Below are positions 49,501 to 63,327 of a stretch of DNA of 64,000 nucleotides, piece after piece. The position numbers were made by a program, and so were the translations under genes. The notes under the pieces were generated by a model, which saw only the letters and a program-made list of their open reading frames with translations, was not told where the DNA came from and did no database searches. The DNA is from Octopus sinensis (taxonomy: Eukaryota). Position 1 is the first letter of the stretch. Each line of letters begins with the position of its first letter. The DNA lies in contig NC_043014.1 in assembly GCF_006345805.1 (NCBI RefSeq), positions 45,508,001 through 45,572,000 of the forward strand, written 5' to 3'.

Positions 49501-52500
49501 AGAGTAACCTGAACACCAAAGGGTTAAAACAAACTGAAGCACTAAAGTTTCCTCTGAAATTCTGTATAGAGACATAAGAGGCTGTTCAGTTTTTAAAATA
49601 CTCTGAATCACTTTAAAGCTGTTGTAAATTTAGGTTATAGAGAAACTGACTTGTTTCGCTGGCTGAATTCTGAATGTGTTCCTTGTTAGCAATGACAATA
49701 TTTTCATTAGCTAAATAGACACTTACAACTCTAATTCATAAATATGTGTTAGACAGGCTGATTGATAGACAGACATGGGAGGAAAAATGTGAGGTCATAA
49801 TCTGCATGCCTTTCTCAGGGTCATTAGTTTAGCAATGTAAAGTCAGTTCTTAATTCCAACTGAGAACCAAAATCAAAACCCCCAAAAAATTGCTTCGCTT
49901 TGCTAAGAAGAGCTTACTGCAACTACATAGCACTTGGCGCTTGCCGTAATCACAATTACAATGACGAAAGAATTAAAAACAACAGGAAGCTTACATTCAA
50001 AATAATTCCAAAGTCATCTACGCAATTTCTAACCAATGTTATTTTATTATATACAAAGGTAAAGGGGGGAGCTTAGGGTTAAGGAACAAAAAAACTATTT
50101 CACCTACTTGAGTCGGAGGGGTGGTGGTGGGGATATGGTTGAGTGAATATTTACAGGTAAAGGGATAGGGGTGAAAAATAAGGCCCGATATGTCCATGTT
50201 TGTGTCATGTTGGTGGTAAAGTATTATCTTGTTCCTATCCCCTGAACAGGTATGAAGGGTCAAATGCTATCAAAATAAGCATTCCTCTTTTAGTACTCAA
50301 AATATACACAAAAATAATTCAGTCAGCATCTTTTTTCCCCTTCTTCTGGTTCTTTTAAAATCATGAATCTGCTTTGGGAGCTTCTTTTCGTTAATTCATT
50401 AATTATTATTTTTTTTTTGGACTTGTGAACTGATTATGAAATGGATTTCTTGCTTGTCACAACTTATATAAAGTACTGGTAATAAGGACACCTTAATTTT
50501 TTAAGTACAAGAACAGGAAGGGAATTAAGATTGTCTAACAACTTTCATTATGCCTTTCTCAAGGGCATTAAGGGGCCCCAAACTAGGAACCAAATCTGAG
50601 TTACTGAGTAAGCCTGTCTGCTGTACCTCAACTCACCAAGAGCTTTATATCTTGCTCTATGATTTGTACTCTAAGTTTTGGGGTGTGTATGTGTGTTTAT
50701 ATATGTGTATATATATTACAGAAAATAAGAGCATCATTAATAATTTAGCATATGTAATCCAGAACAAATCATATTCTAATGTAATTTACAAAACAGTAAT
50801 TCCAGCAGGTAGATAAATAGCCGAAGAAAAATGTATTTTAGAAAAAGAACTTTTAAAAATCTGAAATTGCTGTTTGTACCATTATCCATTTGACTACATA
50901 TATATATATGTGTGTGTGTGTGTATGGTATGTTCTTTATAGTAGAATGGAAGGACACTTAAGGGTAATATTTTTTCTATAGATGTTTGGTGTTTTTTTTA
51001 AATATTGTAAAATATCTGATCGTTCTCCTGCATAATTGTGACCTGTAATATACTTTTTTTACTTGTTTCAGTCATTTGACTGCGGCCATGCTGGAGCACC
51101 ACCGTTAGTCGAGCAAATCGACCCCCAGGACCTATTCTTTGTAAGCCTAGTACTTATTTTATCGGTCTCTTTTGCCGAACCGCTAAGTTACGGGGATGTA
51201 AACACACCAGCATCGATCGGTTGTCAAGCGATGTTGGGGGGACAAACACTGACACACACACACACACATATATATATACATATATACGACGGGCTTGTTT
51301 CAGTTTCCGTCTACCAAATCCACTCACAAGGCTTCGGTTGGCCCGAGGCTATAGTAGAAGACACTTGCCTAAGGTGCCACGCAGTGGGACTGAACCCGGA
51401 ACCATATGGTTGGTAAGCAAGCTACTTACCACACAGCTACTCCTGCACCTATGAATATAGGTATAAGATATAAAAAAAAAAAATCCCAACAAAATGAGTT
51501 AAAATCCTAATTCCATATTACTTTATAAATTAACTTATCCAACGGCAATTAAACACTCAACAAATTAAGTGTTCCGCATAAATTTAACACTTAATTCAAA
51601 GAAACTTTGAATGATGTCTGTTGATCAACACGACCCAATTCACATCTAGACAATTATTTGAGGCACTTTCATGTCGCATGGCACAACAGATAGCTTGTAC
51701 CATAAAGAGTTAACGTAATAATTAATTTGCAATTAAAGTTTTTCATAAATAAATCTGATCAAAACTACAGGTACACCATTGATTTTCTGGCAAATGATGG
51801 TCTGACACCCCTTTCAATCTGGATAAATTACAAGGCGGAAATCCCTATGAAATTTCCACAGCTACCAAACTAAGTTCACTGCATGGCCACTGTGGCATTG
51901 TATGTTGCATGTGTTTGAATCCAGATAAATTGTGAAGGGTAAGTTCAAATTCCAGTCTAGTTCACTGCATGACACAATTGTTGTGTGAACTGTGCATTTA
52001 TTTGCATTTACTTATTCTGCACTTTTTTGATAGACCCTTTGCTTATTTAACTTTCAGTTACCCTTATTTGTAACAGCCATAGTTAAGAGAATTTAAAGCA
52101 TCAGTGACACTAATTCATAATGATCCAAGATAAAGTTGGACAGTTGAAACAAAATAAAAAAATGAACCGTGGTGTTTCAGTATGTAAATTGTGTGATGTA
52201 ATTAATCATTAGCATATAATTATTTCTTTATTACCCACAAGGGGCTAAACATAGAGGGGACAAATAAGGACAGATCAAGTGATTACATCGCCCCCAGTGT
52301 GTAACTTGTACTTAATTTATCGACCCTAAAAGGGTGAAAGGGAAAGCCGACCTTGGTGGAATTTGAACTCAGAATGTAACGGCAGATGAAATACCGCTAA
52401 GCATTTCACCCGGCGTGCTAATGTTACAGCCAGCTTGCCGCCTAAATAAGTAGCATTTAATTAAGTAGGTTAGAGGTGTTCTGATAAATTATTATTATTA

Positions 52501-52754
52501 TTATTACATGACCACAAATGGTTAATCCGTCAAGGCTTTGTAACCAAGGATACCAGAACATCAGTGATGTACCTGCATAATGGTGAAAAGGGTGAACCCC
52601 ATAATCAATGCCTTCTAAACTTCTCAATCAATATTGTTTGTTCTTTGATAAGCTATTGGAATAACTAATAAATGAAATAAGAATTTAGACCCTTGTTTTT
52701 CAAAGACATATCTACATTAATGTTGGATATTCTTTAAAAAACTCAAAATTGTTG

Positions 52755-52789
<35 letters not shown>

Positions 52790-55264
52790 GTGTGTGTGTG
52801 TGTGTGTGTGTGTTAAATGATTTAAAAGAAAAAAAAAATTTCTGAAGTAATTTTATCAAACCATATTGTTAGAAGGGGTGGGCGGGGAGCATAAGGCAAA
52901 ATTGGGTCTGGGTGTGTACGGTGTAAAATAAAATATATATAAGAAGAAAAAAAAAAGTGAAAATTTGGTTTTCACATACCGAACCTGCATTCTACTCAAG
53001 AAGCCATTACATCTTTTTGAGATCAATTATGCACAGTAATCCAGTCCACAAAAATGTTAAAAAAGGTGGGTTTCTTCTTCATTTCTATTGAAACTATGAA
53101 CCATTCAACCAGGGATCAAGTAGATGATGATGATGACGATGATAAAAATAACTGATTGCTTTATATGTATGTATGTGTGTGTGTGTGTGTGTGTGTCACT
53201 TTCTCCAACTCTAGAGTTTGGATGGGGCTAGTCTTGAAGCTGTACAAACTACTATACTAACTCTCCACCCACCATTAAACCAATACTTTTTTTTAATTAA
53301 TAGCTTGGCGTAACAAAAAAAGCAAAGGTGGGGTGCAGAGTTTACAGTAAAATTAAACTTGCTCCTCCTATCAAAGAAAATAAAATTTAACATTACTTTG
53401 ACTAGGATTTTTGTTGTTGTTTGTTTTCACTTTAGTAATTAATTAATTAAGTTATTCAAAACGGTTATATCCTTCGCAACTAAAGTCCGTCACAGAAAGG
53501 ACTATTCAGGTTGGATAGAGATAACCGAGCAGAGGGGACGGAAAAGGGGATTGTGATTAGAGCAGCTGTAAGGTCCGATGTTAAATAAGAATTTTTTATG
53601 ATTTAAGAAAAAAAAAAAAAAAAAAAAAAACAACTCCCACGAAAATAAGTTTCAGAGAAACGGTAAAGAGTAAATATAAAACCATGAAGATGATATGGAA
53701 AAGCAATGAGAATAGAAAAGTAGTTGAGGAACGTAATGGTGTTGGTGGATAGAATTAGTGAAAAGATAGGGAATATGGGGAAACAAGGTGCCTAGTTTCT
53801 TTTATCAGCAGTATATAGTTATAGGAATGCTATCTGTTGAATTTCTTTGTTAGATACAGCAGTATGCTTGATGCTATTAATGTAAGGATGCTACCTAATA
53901 GAATGTTCATTGCTTTTGTACAGCAGTTAAGTAGGTCATTTGAAATTTTTAAAAATCCATTAGAATATCTATAAAAAAAACTTAAAAATTAAAAAAAAAA
54001 AAAAACTGGATGGCTGGAGACCAGCTGTGATGATGATGATGATGGTAGTGAAGATGAAATTGAAAGTGGTCAGAGAGAATTGATTGATTGATTGATTGAT
54101 TATTAATTATTTTTTTTTTGTATTGTAAGACAATATGTGAACTCTCCTGTTTTGCAAGGAACAATAAAAAAAAAAATAATAATAATAATAAAAAAACATG
54201 TCAGATGATGTTTTGACGACAAAAGAAGTGAACCATGCTAAAAGTGAGATGGATAGAGGGGAGCTGGAGGAAAAATTTCTTAGAGTCCAAAAAGTTAATT
54301 TCGAAACCTAAATCTACTATCTCCTTGTTGGTGGTAGACTTTATAATTCAAAGATGTTTGTGTTTGGTGCTAGAATGAACAAACGGTAGGAAATGAGAGA
54401 ATGGAATCTTTAATGTTTTCTTCATATTTTCACTTTTAGTCATTTTAAGCAGCACTGGTGGTAGTAGTAGTAGTAGTAGCAGCAGCAGGGGATGTTTTAC
54501 AGGAGATGAAATGGCTAATGTAACAATCACAGTAGTAGTAGTAGTAGTAATAATAATGGTTTCAAATTTTGACACAAGGCCAGCAGTTATGAGGAACGGG
54601 CTAAGTCAGTTACATCAACTCCAGTGCTCATCCGGTACTTATTTTATCGACCCTGAAAGGATGAAAGGCAAAGTCGACCTCGGCAGGATTTGAACTCAGA
54701 ACATGTAGATGGACAAAATGCTGCTAAGTGTCTTGCCTGGCGTGCTAATGATTCTGCTAGCTCGCTGCCTTAGTAATAATGATAATAACAATCCAGGCAC
54801 AAGGCCTGAAATTTTAGGGGGGGAAGGGGACTAGTTGATTACACTGACCCCAGTGAAACACTGGTACTTAATTTATTGACCTCGAAAGGAAGACAGGCAA
54901 AGTCGACCTTAGAAGGATTTGAACCCAGAACATAAGGATGGACGAAATGCCACTAAGCATTTTGCCTGGCATGCTAATGATACTGCCAGCTCTTCACCTT
55001 AATCATGATAATAATACTAATAGTGATTAACTTTCTCTAAGGACCCTCATCTTCATCTCTAAACCATCCATGAACAACAATTCTGACATGCATAATAATA
55101 ATAATACAACAGCAATCTTCCATACTGGTTGCATTCCCACATCTAAATTTTACAGAATTTGATTGGTTGCTTCAAGTATCACATGGTGTTATACAATAGG
55201 AAAGAATCGAAGAGTGTGAAAGTTGCAGGAAATCGATGCAGTAAAAAAAAAAATTAATAAATAG

Positions 55265-55310
<46 letters not shown>

Positions 55311-55456
55311 CATATAGTAATGGAGGCCAAACAACATCTGGAGAGGTGAAGAATTTTGGAAGATAGTGGGGGGGTGTTCGACGAACAATATATCATCAGC
55401 CAGTACGGTTACGGTACAGTTAGGATGGCCATCAGTGGGATGCAGGTGAAATGACA

Positions 55457-55623
55457 TCATACAATGACTTCGTAAATAACCTTTTTAGGTCGTGAAGAGT
55501 CTGGTGTGGAGTAGCCACTTTCGCGTCCACTGGTGCTGGTATCCCGTGGCAGACCGTCAGGGTTGAGACTGATGAAATTCATGTTCCTGGTCGGAGACTG
55601 AGGGTGACCATAGAAGTTAAGAT
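55457..55623 (-). CDS. Terminal coding exon of a minus-strand gene, probably the cytoplasmic tail of a membrane/adhesion protein: (D)LNFYGHPQSPTRNMNFISLNPDGLPRDTSTSGRESGYSTPDSSRPKKVIYEVIV*
   Basis: Pyrimidine-rich acceptor cttttgtctttgcag|, phase 1, 54 open codons then TGA at 55457-55459. GC- and CpG-richer than the flanks. Ends in a PDZ-ligand-like EVIV. Joins in frame to the exon at 57773-57838. Confidence 0.88.
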
Positions 55624-56711
55624 CTGCAAAGACAAAAGAAAGGTCTCGTTAGCATTTAGTGTGCCACTTTGTGCCATAGTATTATTGAGTCACACATTTA
55701 CGCTCAGCATCTCCGTCGACCACTGTGTAACAAAATTTTCATTATTTTTTTTTTTTTTGTCTTTGGTCAGGAAGTATCATTTCCTATTTGCCTCTATCTA
55801 GAAATCGAAAGAAATGACTACTATTCCCTTCACAAACTTTGCTTCTCTGTTTTGGAACTGACCTGTTTCCCCATTGCATTTAGACAGATTTAGTACTGAG
55901 TTGCTAAAGCAGAAATATCCGTTTCTTTATTACCCACAAGGGGCTAAACATAGAGGGGACAAACAAGGACAGACAAACGGATTAAGTTGATTACATCGAC
56001 CCCAGTGCGTAACTGGTACTTAATTTATCGACCCCGAAAGGATGAAAGGCAAAGTCGACCGTGGCGGAATTTGAACTCAGAACGTAACGCCAGACGAAAT
56101 ATGGCTACGCATTTCGCCCAGCATGCTAACGGTTCTGCCAGCTCGCCGCCTTCAATTTCTAAAGCAGAAATATCATTAGAGCAAATATTCTGCTCAGTAC
56201 CACAGATTTGATGTCAGTTGCTTGACATTAACCACTAGAGCATGTAACTTAATGGCTGACAATCTGTGCATCTCTGATCATGACCAGGAGTAGTGGGGGA
56301 GTATCATAGCCATGTGCTGAGAGGGATTCTTTGGGGTTTGAATAAATGTAACAAAAGCAAAGTTTGATGGAAATATTAGCCATTCTTCATACTTTCTAGG
56401 GATAAGCAAACAGGAAATAAGAGTTGCTACCCAAGGACAAAAATCTTGTTACACAGTGTAATTACCAAGCTGTCTTTAAATTATTCAGGAGATGAAAATG
56501 GAACAAATAACATAACTTCACAACTAATATTAAAACCCCCATCCCCTTGTGATCACAGGTGCTTGCAGGGAATTGAAAAGGCCTATCCTGACTCGTACAT
56601 CTCCTTTTCCCCCACCACCCATATTTTGTATCCAATACTAAACACTATGTCCAGTCCTTCTCCAGAAATGTCAGGTCTTTGAATCTTCTGCCCCTCCCAC
56701 ATGTGCTTTTC

Positions 56712-57235
56712 TTCGGTGGCACGTAAAAAGCACCATCCGACCGTGGCCGTTTGCCAGCCCCGTCTGGCACCTAAAAAGCACCCACTACACTCACGGAGAG
56801 TGGTTGGCGTTAGGAAGGGCATCCAGCCGTAGAAACATTGCCAGATCAGACTGGGCCTGGTGCAACCTTCAGACTTCCCAGACCCCAGTTGAACCGTCCA
56901 ACCCATGCTAGCATGGAAAGCGGATGCTAAATGATGATGATGATGTTTAACTTGTAACAGTTTAAATAAAATCATTATCATCATCATCATCGTTTAATGC
57001 CTGCTTTCCATGCTAGCATGGGTTGGACGATTTTGACTAAGGGCTGGCGAACCAGATGGTTGCACCAGACTCCAGTCTTGATTTGGCAGAGTTTCTACAG
57101 CTGGATGCCCTTCCTAACGCCAACCACTCCGAGAGTGTAGTGGGTGCTTTTTACATGCCACCGGCACGGGGGCCAGTCAGGCGGTACTGGCAACGACCTC
57201 GCTCGAATCCTGTTACACATGCCACCAGCACAGGT
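56712..57235. mobile_element. Tail-to-tail inverted pair of RTE-tailed elements (family C); other copies at 20590-20875, 27450-27890, 31745-32260 and 34280-34640
   Basis: GGAAGGGCATCCAGC...CCAACCCATGCTAGCATGGAAAGC...(GAT)n followed ~35 nt later by its reverse complement. Confidence 0.9.
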
Positions 57236-57414
57236 GCCAGTAAGGCGACTTTGGTGACTGCAGTTTCTGGGTATTGACCCGTCATCAGTGCACAACAATC
57301 ACCGATCAATCCTATCTGTCACAAAGAGCCTGCAAAGCTCATAGAAACTGTCTCTTCTTTCAGACTCAGCAAGTTAAAAAAAAAATCTAAAAAAAAAAAA
57401 ACTGTTTTCTTCAG

Positions 57415-57515
57415 GTCATTTATCTCCCAGCATTTAGGAATGCAAATCACACAACCCACCGTCGCAGACCCACCAACCATCATGCAGGAAAATGCTCTTG
57501 AAACCAAGACCATGC
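57415..57515 (+). other. Plus-strand exon-like segment (SFISQHLGMQITQPTVADPPTIMQENALETKTM) inside the last intron of the minus-strand gene
   Basis: Acceptor gttttcttcag|, donor |gtaagt, 33 open codons. Confidence 0.3.
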
Positions 57516-57772
57516 GTAAGTGAGGTATATTTATATATCACAGACTGTTTAGAAAAGAATAAAGCAATTATAACATGCCATGCTTAATTTCTGTCATCTG
57601 TAAAAATAAAAGTATATATTAAAAAAAACAAAAAACCCACTTCATTATTGAAGTGTGCTGTAGAGGGGTTCATCAGTGAAACAAGGGCCATTAAATCCTA
57701 ATGGGGTTGGTTTTTGGTGTTTCTCAGCTTTTATAGTATTGACAATGATAACATTCTAAAGAGCATGCCTAC

Positions 57773-57838
57773 CTCCAGGTTTTTCAGCTGGACTTCTACA
57801 AGCGTCAGAATAAGAGGGAGGGACATCGTGATTAGGGT
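57773..57838 (-). CDS. Penultimate coding exon of the same gene: xPNHDVPPSYSDACRSPAEKPG(D)
   Basis: Acceptor cttttttccag|, donor GAG|gtaggc, 66 nt, phase 1-1, open, contains a PPxY motif. G+AT gives Asp on joining the terminal exon. Confidence 0.8.
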
Positions 57839-60339
57839 CTGGAAAAAAGATACACAACAGCATGCCAGAAGTGGAAACGGAGAAAGAGTGAACAAGTATT
57901 GCTAAACAAATTGCAGAGAACCATCTATGAGGTTTTGGTTAGAAAGCAGCTTTAAATTTTTCTGGTATTTGGATGCAAAGATGGAAAGGTCTCCTTCGAA
58001 TCACATTCTACAGTCTTAAAACAAAAGGATTACTACAACAGGGAAAGCATTCAGATTCAAGATTTGCTTGATCAGGGTTAAGCTAGGGTTAAACAACAAC
58101 AACTCATATTACAATGAGCCAACAAGGAAGCATTGATGTGGTTGCTCAATCTGCTAAAAATAGCAGCTAAGTCTGTCTTAAATTACATTAATGTAATTCA
58201 AAGTACACTACGTCTGAATAAAATAAAATAAAATAAAAGAATGGAAAGCTGAGTTAACTCAGGGGTTTGACAATTTTAACAAGAACAATATAAATTCAGA
58301 CCAATGAAGAGGGAGCCTTCATATGGTAGCCAGATCTGCTAGAAATAGCAGCCAAATTCCCCTCAAATTGCACCCTATTGTCTTAAAGGACAAATTGGAC
58401 GACACAGTCCTAGGTATAATGTGTCTGAATCAAAAACAAGATGGTTATAGCCAGAACAGCCTTGATCACACGTCTGTTTGTTCAATACTGCAACTTAGCA
58501 ACAGGAACTTGAATTGTCTCAAACTGTTCATCAGATTTCATATCTTGTGATGGTTTTTGGATTAAAATCAATGCGAAGCAAAAATCCAATTCTTTCTTTG
58601 GAAAGCACTGTCAGTTGGAAATGGATGAAGTCTCATTAAAATCTGATGCACCATTTCAGTCATTATGATCCTTTTATGTTAACAAGTTTAAACCACACAA
58701 AGGTTAATTGACTTTTTCTTTCCAACCTTAAGGCTAAGACTACGTGCCTTCATTGGTCAGTTAAAGTTGAGACAGTGTCATGTGACAACTTGCCGGGGCT
58801 GCCTGCTGGAGCCTAGCAGCAGGTATTTAAAGGGGAAAAAATTTGACAAGTCAGTCAATCGCCCACTGACACTACATTGAAGAGGCCAGGGAACAGAAGA
58901 AAGAAGACATGCACCCAACACCAGAGCTGAAGACACCTCTGAAAGGGGGGGCCCTGCCATGTCAAAATTTTCTTCTACTGAATTTCACTGCCAAGACTTT
59001 GGTAAAAGACACTCACCTGAGATCGTGTGTGTATGTGTGTGCGTGCGCACATGCATTAGAATTACATCTGAAACTATGTAATTGTGAAACAAACTCTTAG
59101 CCACACTTCCATGTTTGCACCTCATATCTACTTTGAGACTGAAATTATTATTATTATTTTTTTTTTTGACAGCCGGTTCAATCCCACTGGGTAACACTTT
59201 GAACAAGAGTTTTCTACTATGGTCTTGGGCTGACCAAAACCTTGTGAGTGGATTTGGTCGACAGAAACTGAAAGAAGTCCATTGTGTATATATGTGTGCC
59301 TGTGTGTCCTCCCATCACCGTTTCACAGCTGGTGTTGGTTTGTTTACATCCTTGTACATTAGCAGTTTGGCAAAAGAGATTGATAAAATAAGTACCAAAC
59401 TTACAAAAATAAATAAAATAAATAAATAGATAGGCGCAGGAGTGGCTGTGTGGTAAGTAGCTTGCTAACCAACCACATGGTTCCGGGTTCATTCCCACTG
59501 CGTGGCATCTTGGGCAAGTGTCTTCTGCTATAGCCCCGGGCCGACCAATGCCTTGTGAGTGGATTTGGGAGACGGAAACTGAAAGAAGCCTGTCGTAAAT
59601 ATGTATGTATATGTTTTTGTCCCCCTAGCATTGCTTGACAACCGATGCTGGTGTGTTTATGTCCCCGTCACTTAGCGGCTCAGCAAAAGAGACCAATAGA
59701 ATAAGTACTGGGCTTACAAAGAATAAGTCCCGGGGTTGATTTGCTTGACTAAAGGCGGTGCTCCAGCATGGCCACAGTCGAATGACTGAAACAAGTAAAA
59801 GAGTATACCTATAGATAGATAAAAAAATAAGTACTGGGGTTGATTTGTTCAACTAAAATTTCTTCAAGGTGATGCCCCAGCATGGCCACAGTTTAATGAC
59901 TGAAACAAGTAAAGGATTATAAGAGGATTAACAACAACAACAATTAATATCATTTGCTGACATTTTCTATCCCTTGTATTATTCTCTCATCCTTCAGAGC
60001 AAGTCATCTCCAGAGTGTGAGGAGGGGAAATTAATTAAAGTGTTATAGTGACTGACTGACTGATTAGCTCGTTAAGACTATCGAGTTAAAGAGTTAAGCG
60101 GTGGAGCAAACAAATGTAAGGGTAGAATTGCAGAAGGGGGGGGGGGAAACAACAACAAAACAAAAATGTAACAAAAGCAAAAACACAAAAAAAAACCTTG
60201 TTCAACAGGAATAAAACGTCAGGCACAAATTGTTTTAGTTCGTTAATGTTAGTAAAATGAAGCAAAATAACAAAACTGTAACGAGCAACCAGTTTCTTCC
60301 AAAAGAAGAATATACCTAAACAAAGAATAATCTTTTCTA

Positions 60340-60980
60340 CTCTTGGCACAAGGCCTGACATTTTTGGGAGAAGGGGCCAGTTGATTAGATCGACCCCAGT
60401 ACGAAACTGATACTTAATTCATCGACCCCGAAAGGATGAAAGGCTAAGTCAACCTCGGGGGAATTTGAACTCAGAACGTAACAGCAGACGAAATATGGCT
60501 AAGCATTTCACCCGGTGTGTTAACGTTTCTTATTTCTTTACTACCCACAAAGGGCTACACACAGAGGGGACAAACAAGGACAGACAAACGGATTAAGTCG
60601 ATTATATTGACTCCAGTGTGTAACTGGTGCTTATTTAATTGACCCCGAAAGGATGAAAGACAAAGTCGACCTTGGTGGAATTTGAACTCAGAACGTAAAG
60701 ACAGACAAAATACTGCTAAGCGTTTCACCCGGTCTGTTAACGTTTCTTATTCCTTTACTGCCCACAAGGGGCTACACACAGAGGGGACAAACAAGGACAG
60801 ACAAACGGATTAAGTCGATTATATTGACTCCAGTGTGTAACTGGTGCTTATTTAATCGACCCCGAAAGGATGAAAGGCAAAGTCGACCTCGGCGGAATTT
60901 GAACTCACAACGTAAAGACAGACGAAATACTGCTAAGCATTTCATCCGGCGTGTTAACATTTCTGCAAGCTCGCTGCCTT
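60340..60980 (-). repeat. Three-unit tandem (~212 bp) of SINE family B
   Basis: Direct repeats of the same SINE body; a similar dimer lies at 22230-22640 and an opposite-strand dimer at 19130-19600. Confidence 0.85.
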
Positions 60981-61324
60981 AAACAAGGAATAACATAACA
61001 TACATGCATAGAAGGACAAGACTGTTTACCTGAAATACTGAAATTTTGATCCCCATTTAGGGGGAATTTCTCCCTCGTTCTTCTCAACTCTGAGTGAGTG
61101 TGTTTGTGTGTGTGAGAGAGAGAGTCTGAGGATCCAATGGTTCTGCTTTGAGCTGTGCAAAAGATCTTTCCTAGTTTCTCACGAAAGCTGAGATATTTCA
61201 TTCAACCAATAATTTAAAACTGATGCCATGGTGCAATTCTTGTTGAAGACTATTCAAGTTTTAATTTTATTTTATTCCTTCTCTCCAACTTTGTAGCAGT
61301 TGACTATAGTGCTGCTACACCAGT

Positions 61325-61470
61325 CATTGGGTATGACTCCTTTGTGTATCACCTAGTTAACTATATGGGTGACTAGGCTATAGCCAACACTGCTAGATAT
61401 TTTGAGCATCTCTGCAGTGATTCCTGATGGGCCGGGGGCCTTCCCTGCCTTCATACTCTTGATTGCTTTA
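61325..61470 (-). mobile_element. LINE (RTE-like) pre-RT fragment
   Basis: [21 protein letters not shown]...THIVN...IPNDWCSSTIVNCYK is the typical K.GKAPGPDG..AEMLK / P.DW...I...YK region. Confidence 0.75.
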
Positions 61471-61780
61471 TATATATATATATATATATATATACATACA
61501 CACAGACACACACACATACATATACATACACACACACACACATACATACATACACACTCACATACAGACACACCACATACACACAGGTATATATATATAC
61601 ACACACATATATACACATACATATATATACACATATATACACACACATATATACACACATATATAGATATATACACATATATACACACACATATATATAG
61701 ATATATACATAATATATATAGATATATTCATATATATATATACATATATATAAATGCATATAGATATATATATATCTGCA
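61470..61780. repeat. (TA)n/(CA)n/(TACA)n low-complexity tract
   Basis: Direct inspection; similar tracts at 29010-29330, 55266 (GA)n, 63240-63330 and 63660-63710. Confidence 0.95.
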
Positions 61781-62593
61781 TTAGCACCTCATTTTATCTA
61801 AGGGCATATATGCACATTCACATATGCTTATACTCTATTACTTTAATATAAATATATACACATACATGCATGAATACATACATATTTTAAATATGCACAA
61901 ACACACACATATACACTTTATTATAAATACATACACAAACATACATACATATGCATATATGTCATGTGTCATACGGGGAAACAGAGCAAAGCTTGAATGA
62001 GTGTGTGTGTGTGTGTGTGCGTGCGTGCAAGCATGCTCAAATGTGTACTGTGTACTCTGTGTGTGTGTGTGTGTTTATATTAAATCAGTTCATGACCATC
62101 CCTGTAAATTAAGAACAATGTCTTCAGAGATACCGTAATCGATCAAGCGTAAAATTAGCAGCTGCATGCAAAGGTGCAACAGTGTAGGAGTGTGACAGTG
62201 TGCAGTTCTGTGACAGCGTCAGAGAAATTAAACAGATTGCCCGAAGGAATGTAAAACAAGCTGGTGCTTATAGGAAAGATGCCATTTCTATCGCTTCCAG
62301 AAGTTATTATGCAAGGTGGACATAGCCAATCCCGAATTTCTTTTATTCTTTTCTTTCTTTCCGCCTCCCTCTCGTGTGTATTACTCTTTACTCTCTTTTA
62401 CTCGTTTCAGTCATTTGACTGCGGCCATGCTGGAGCACAGCCTTTAATCGAGCAACTCGACCCCGGGACCTATTCTTTGTAAGCCCAGTACTTATTCTAT
62501 CGGTCTCTTTTGCCGAACCGCTAAGTGACGGGGATGTAAACACACCAGCATTGGTTGTCAAGCAATGCTAGGGGGACAAACACGGACACACAA

Positions 62594-62624
<31 letters not shown>

Positions 62625-63242
62625 CATATATATATGACGGGCTTCTTTTCAGTTTCCGTCTACCAAATCCACTCACAAGGCTCTGGTCGGCCTGAGGTTA
62701 TATTAGAAGACACTTGCCCAAGGTGTCATGCAGAGGGACTGAACCCGGAACCATGTGGTTGGTAAGCAAGCTACTTACCACACAGCCACTCCTGCGTCTC
62801 AGTGTGCATTTCAATTCATTGATTTGTCAATGTTTAACCCCAGACCAAAAACATTCCCTGTTTGACTTTTATCCTTCTTTATGATAGTAAGCTGTGTGAA
62901 CCAATGGGGGATTTGACTGCTATATCTAGGAAAATGAGTGACTACATAGAGGCTATAATAATGGCTGAATGAACATGCAATATTGCTCACCACACCACAC
63001 CAATGTAGCAATGCAGCATGTTATTTAGTAAATCATGGCATTCATTGTAATATATCATGCCATGCATCATTACACCACTGCACCGGATTATACTGTGTGC
63101 ATCATTTAGTGCTGCACACTATGTTATGGATTGCAGCACTATTATATATATTGCAACAGTTTATCATGTTGGCTCATTAATTATAATGTCAGACAGAATG
63201 GCAGTTGTAGAGGCTTGTGGTCAAGATTTGTGCATATGTGTG

Positions 63243-63275
<33 letters not shown>

Positions 63276-63291
63276 ATATGTATGTGTGTGC

Positions 63292-63327
<36 letters not shown>

